Below, piece after piece: positions 13,970 to 15,269 of a DNA stretch of 15,269 nt (the stretch's first letter is position 1; every line of letters begins with the position of its first letter). Source of the DNA: Thermoproteota archaeon. Its GTDB lineage: Archaea; Thermoproteota; Thermoprotei; Thermofilales; B9-G17. The stretch is from positions 1-15,269 of the forward strand of contig JAPDJW010000017.1 of assembly GCA_029258885.1 (NCBI GenBank), in the 5' to 3' direction. The translations under genes were made by a program, and so were the position numbers. The notes beneath the pieces are model-generated. The model was given only the letters and a program-made list of their open reading frames with translations. It did no database searches and had not been told where the DNA came from.

Positions 13970-14665
13970 ATGTCAAAGCTAAAATCAGAAGTACTAAAAC
14001 TACTAAGAGAGGACGAGGAATTCAGATATGCGGTCGCAGGACTCATAGGTCTAGAGGAAATACTAAAACGCCTCGACAAGCATGGGCAAGAGCTAGTAAA
14101 GCTTAGGCAGGATATGAATAAGGTGCTTGAGCGCCTCGATAGGCATGAGCAGGAGCTTATTCGGCTTAGGCAGGATATGAATAAGGTGCTTGAGCGCCTC
14201 GATAGGCATGAGGATGTTTTAAGGAGGCATGAGCAGGAGCTTATTCGGCTTAGGCAGGATATGAATAGGGGCTTCGAGCTAGTAAACAGACATATTTCCG
14301 CCTTAGGAGCTAGATGGGGCTTAATGTCCGAGAAAGCATTTAGGGATGGATTAAGGGGAGTATTGGAGAGGGAGCTTGGATTAAAAGTTGAAAGATGGTC
14401 ATGCTTCGATGAGGACGGCCTAGTATATGGATACCCCAGCGAAGTCGAAATAGACGTTGTCGTAAAAGACGAGAAAACAATACTAGTCGAGGTAGCCTCC
14501 CACATTAAAACCTCCGACATCTACGAGTTTAAGAGAAAAGCCATGCTATACGAGAAGGTTACGGGCATAAAACCCAGTAAGTTGCTGGTAGTTACACCCT
14601 TTATAGAGCCTAAAGCATTAGAAGCAGCTAAAAAACATAACGTCGAAGTATATACTGGCGTATAA
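13970..14665 (+). CDS. Crenarchaeal coiled-coil PD-(D/E)XK nuclease-fold protein (COG5493 / DUF3782-type)
   Basis: LLREDEEFRYAVAGLIG N-terminus, heptad coiled coil, ALGARWG..SE..FR, and a nuclease core EVEIDVVVKD...VEVAS with LLVVTPFI. TTTAAA at 13938-13943 suggests a leaderless transcript. Confidence 0.82.
   Translation: MSKLKSEVLKLLREDEEFRYAVAGLIGLEEILKRLDKHGQELVKLRQDMNKVLERLDRHEQELIRLRQDMNKVLERLDRHEDVLRRHEQELIRLRQDMNRGFELVNRHISALGARWGLMSEKAFRDGLRGVLERELGLKVERWSCFDEDGLVYGYPSEVEIDVVVKDEKTILVEVASHIKTSDIYEFKRKAMLYEKVTGIKPSKLLVVTPFIEPKALEAAKKHNVEVYTGV
14101..14267 (+). repeat. In-frame tandem repeat with 63-nt period plus a 21-nt insertion, encoding coiled-coil heptads
   Basis: 14101-14149 is identical to 14164-14212 (49 nt). 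14141-14183 is identical to 14225-14267 (43 nt). The protein unit is LRQDMNKVLERLDRHEQELIR. Confidence 0.95.
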
Positions 14666-14838
14666 TCTAGCAATCTCCTCCCCTCATTATATAGAATATA
14701 AACCTAGTATTTATGCATTAACTTTAAATACTTAAAATATTTAGTACTTAAAATAGTGTTAAATACGTAGGAAAATTAATAATGAAGTAATTAAAACTAT
14801 TAAATTAAAGTACAGAAACTAAGATAGAGATTAAACAT

Positions 14839-15114
14839 CTATATCCCAAGTACTTCTTCTATATACTCAGCTATCTCCCTACTTAATGACGGATTAAGCG
14901 ATATAGCCTTACCTTTCTTATGAGATAGTAAGTATCCTTCCTTAATTAACTCCCTAATCAGCCTCCTAACTCTCCTCCCATTTCTCTTAATATTCTTAGA
15001 AACCCAACGCACTAAGTTTTCTAAAGGCAAATACTTACCGCCCCAACAGCCTCTTCTCATAAGCCTATTCATTATATCAGCTTTAACTTCCTCGTCGCTA
15101 CAATTACTAGACAT
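14839..15114 (-). CDS. Small basic winged-helix-like protein of unknown function
   Basis: 91 aa and basic, with helix/wing pattern VRRLIRELIKEGYLLSHKKGKAISLNP and motif RRGCWGGKY. Its start overlaps the upstream stop (TAATG). Confidence 0.65.
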   Translation of the reverse strand: MSSNCSDEEVKADIMNRLMRRGCWGGKYLPLENLVRWVSKNIKRNGRRVRRLIRELIKEGYLLSHKKGKAISLNPSLSREIAEYIEEVLGI

Positions 15115-15269
15115 TAAGCTTCACTTATGATGGGAGCTTTAGTACTCTCTCTTTTAGCTATCCACAAAGACATTTCTTTCTCATATTTTCTGAGCATCTT
15201 TACCAGCGGATGCCTAGTGTTTAACTTATATAATTTAACTCTACCTATCTTTCTAGAAACTTTAACTAT
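15114..15269 (-). CDS. 3' end of an ArsR-like winged-helix protein (truncated by the window edge; absent from the ORF track)
   Basis: Open frame from the window end: IVKVSRKIGRVKLYKLNTRHPLVKMLRKYEKEMSLWIAKRESTKAPIISEA*. The V-x-R-K-I-G-R-x-K-L-Y-x-L-N wing is typical of archaeal wHTH proteins. Stop TAA is at 15116-15114. Confidence 0.7.
   Translation of the reverse strand: MVKVSRKIGRVKLYKLNTRHPLVKMLRKYEKEMSLWIAKRESTKAPIISEA

Noticed and set aside
14101-14267. Direct repeats as a possible CRISPR array
   Set aside because: The repeats are contiguous and in-frame within a CDS, there are no unique spacers, and no cas genes are present.
13957-14520. 187-aa minus-strand ORF with SCLSRISS repeats
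   Set aside because: It is the reverse-complement image of the coiled-coil repeat in the PD-(D/E)XK gene.

Overview
AT-rich archaeal DNA, most likely from a TACK/Thermoproteota-type organism. This is inferred from GGTGA/GAGGTG ribosome-binding sites, TATA boxes about 25 nt upstream of apparently leaderless genes, a class III signal peptide on the ABC binding protein, and a COG5493-type gene. From left to right the window holds: (1) a membrane-anchored surface protein (beta-propeller plus InlB-B-like repeats) ending in a 10-proline tail; (2) an ~11.5 kb catabolic cluster; and (3) an accessory tail. The cluster encodes acetoin-dehydrogenase-type E1 alpha/beta (acoA/acoB), an E2 split into a free lipoyl carrier and a linker-less PSBD+catalytic core, AcoX, two divergent Lin0512-family paralogs, a DUF6506-like protein, a CUT1 sugar ABC transporter whose ATPase lies on the opposite strand, a Nudix hydrolase and a catalytic-domain-only LplA. 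No E3 is present in the window. The tail holds a possible decayed ORF, a coiled-coil PD-(D/E)XK protein with recent heptad-multiple DNA duplications, and a translationally coupled pair of small winged-helix-like genes, one of which is missing from the ORF track. The most interesting candidate system is the aco-like cluster, which may import and cleave an acyloin-type sugar rather than acetoin itself (inference). No rRNA, tRNA, CRISPR array or transposase was recognised. All family assignments are from motif recognition, not database searches.
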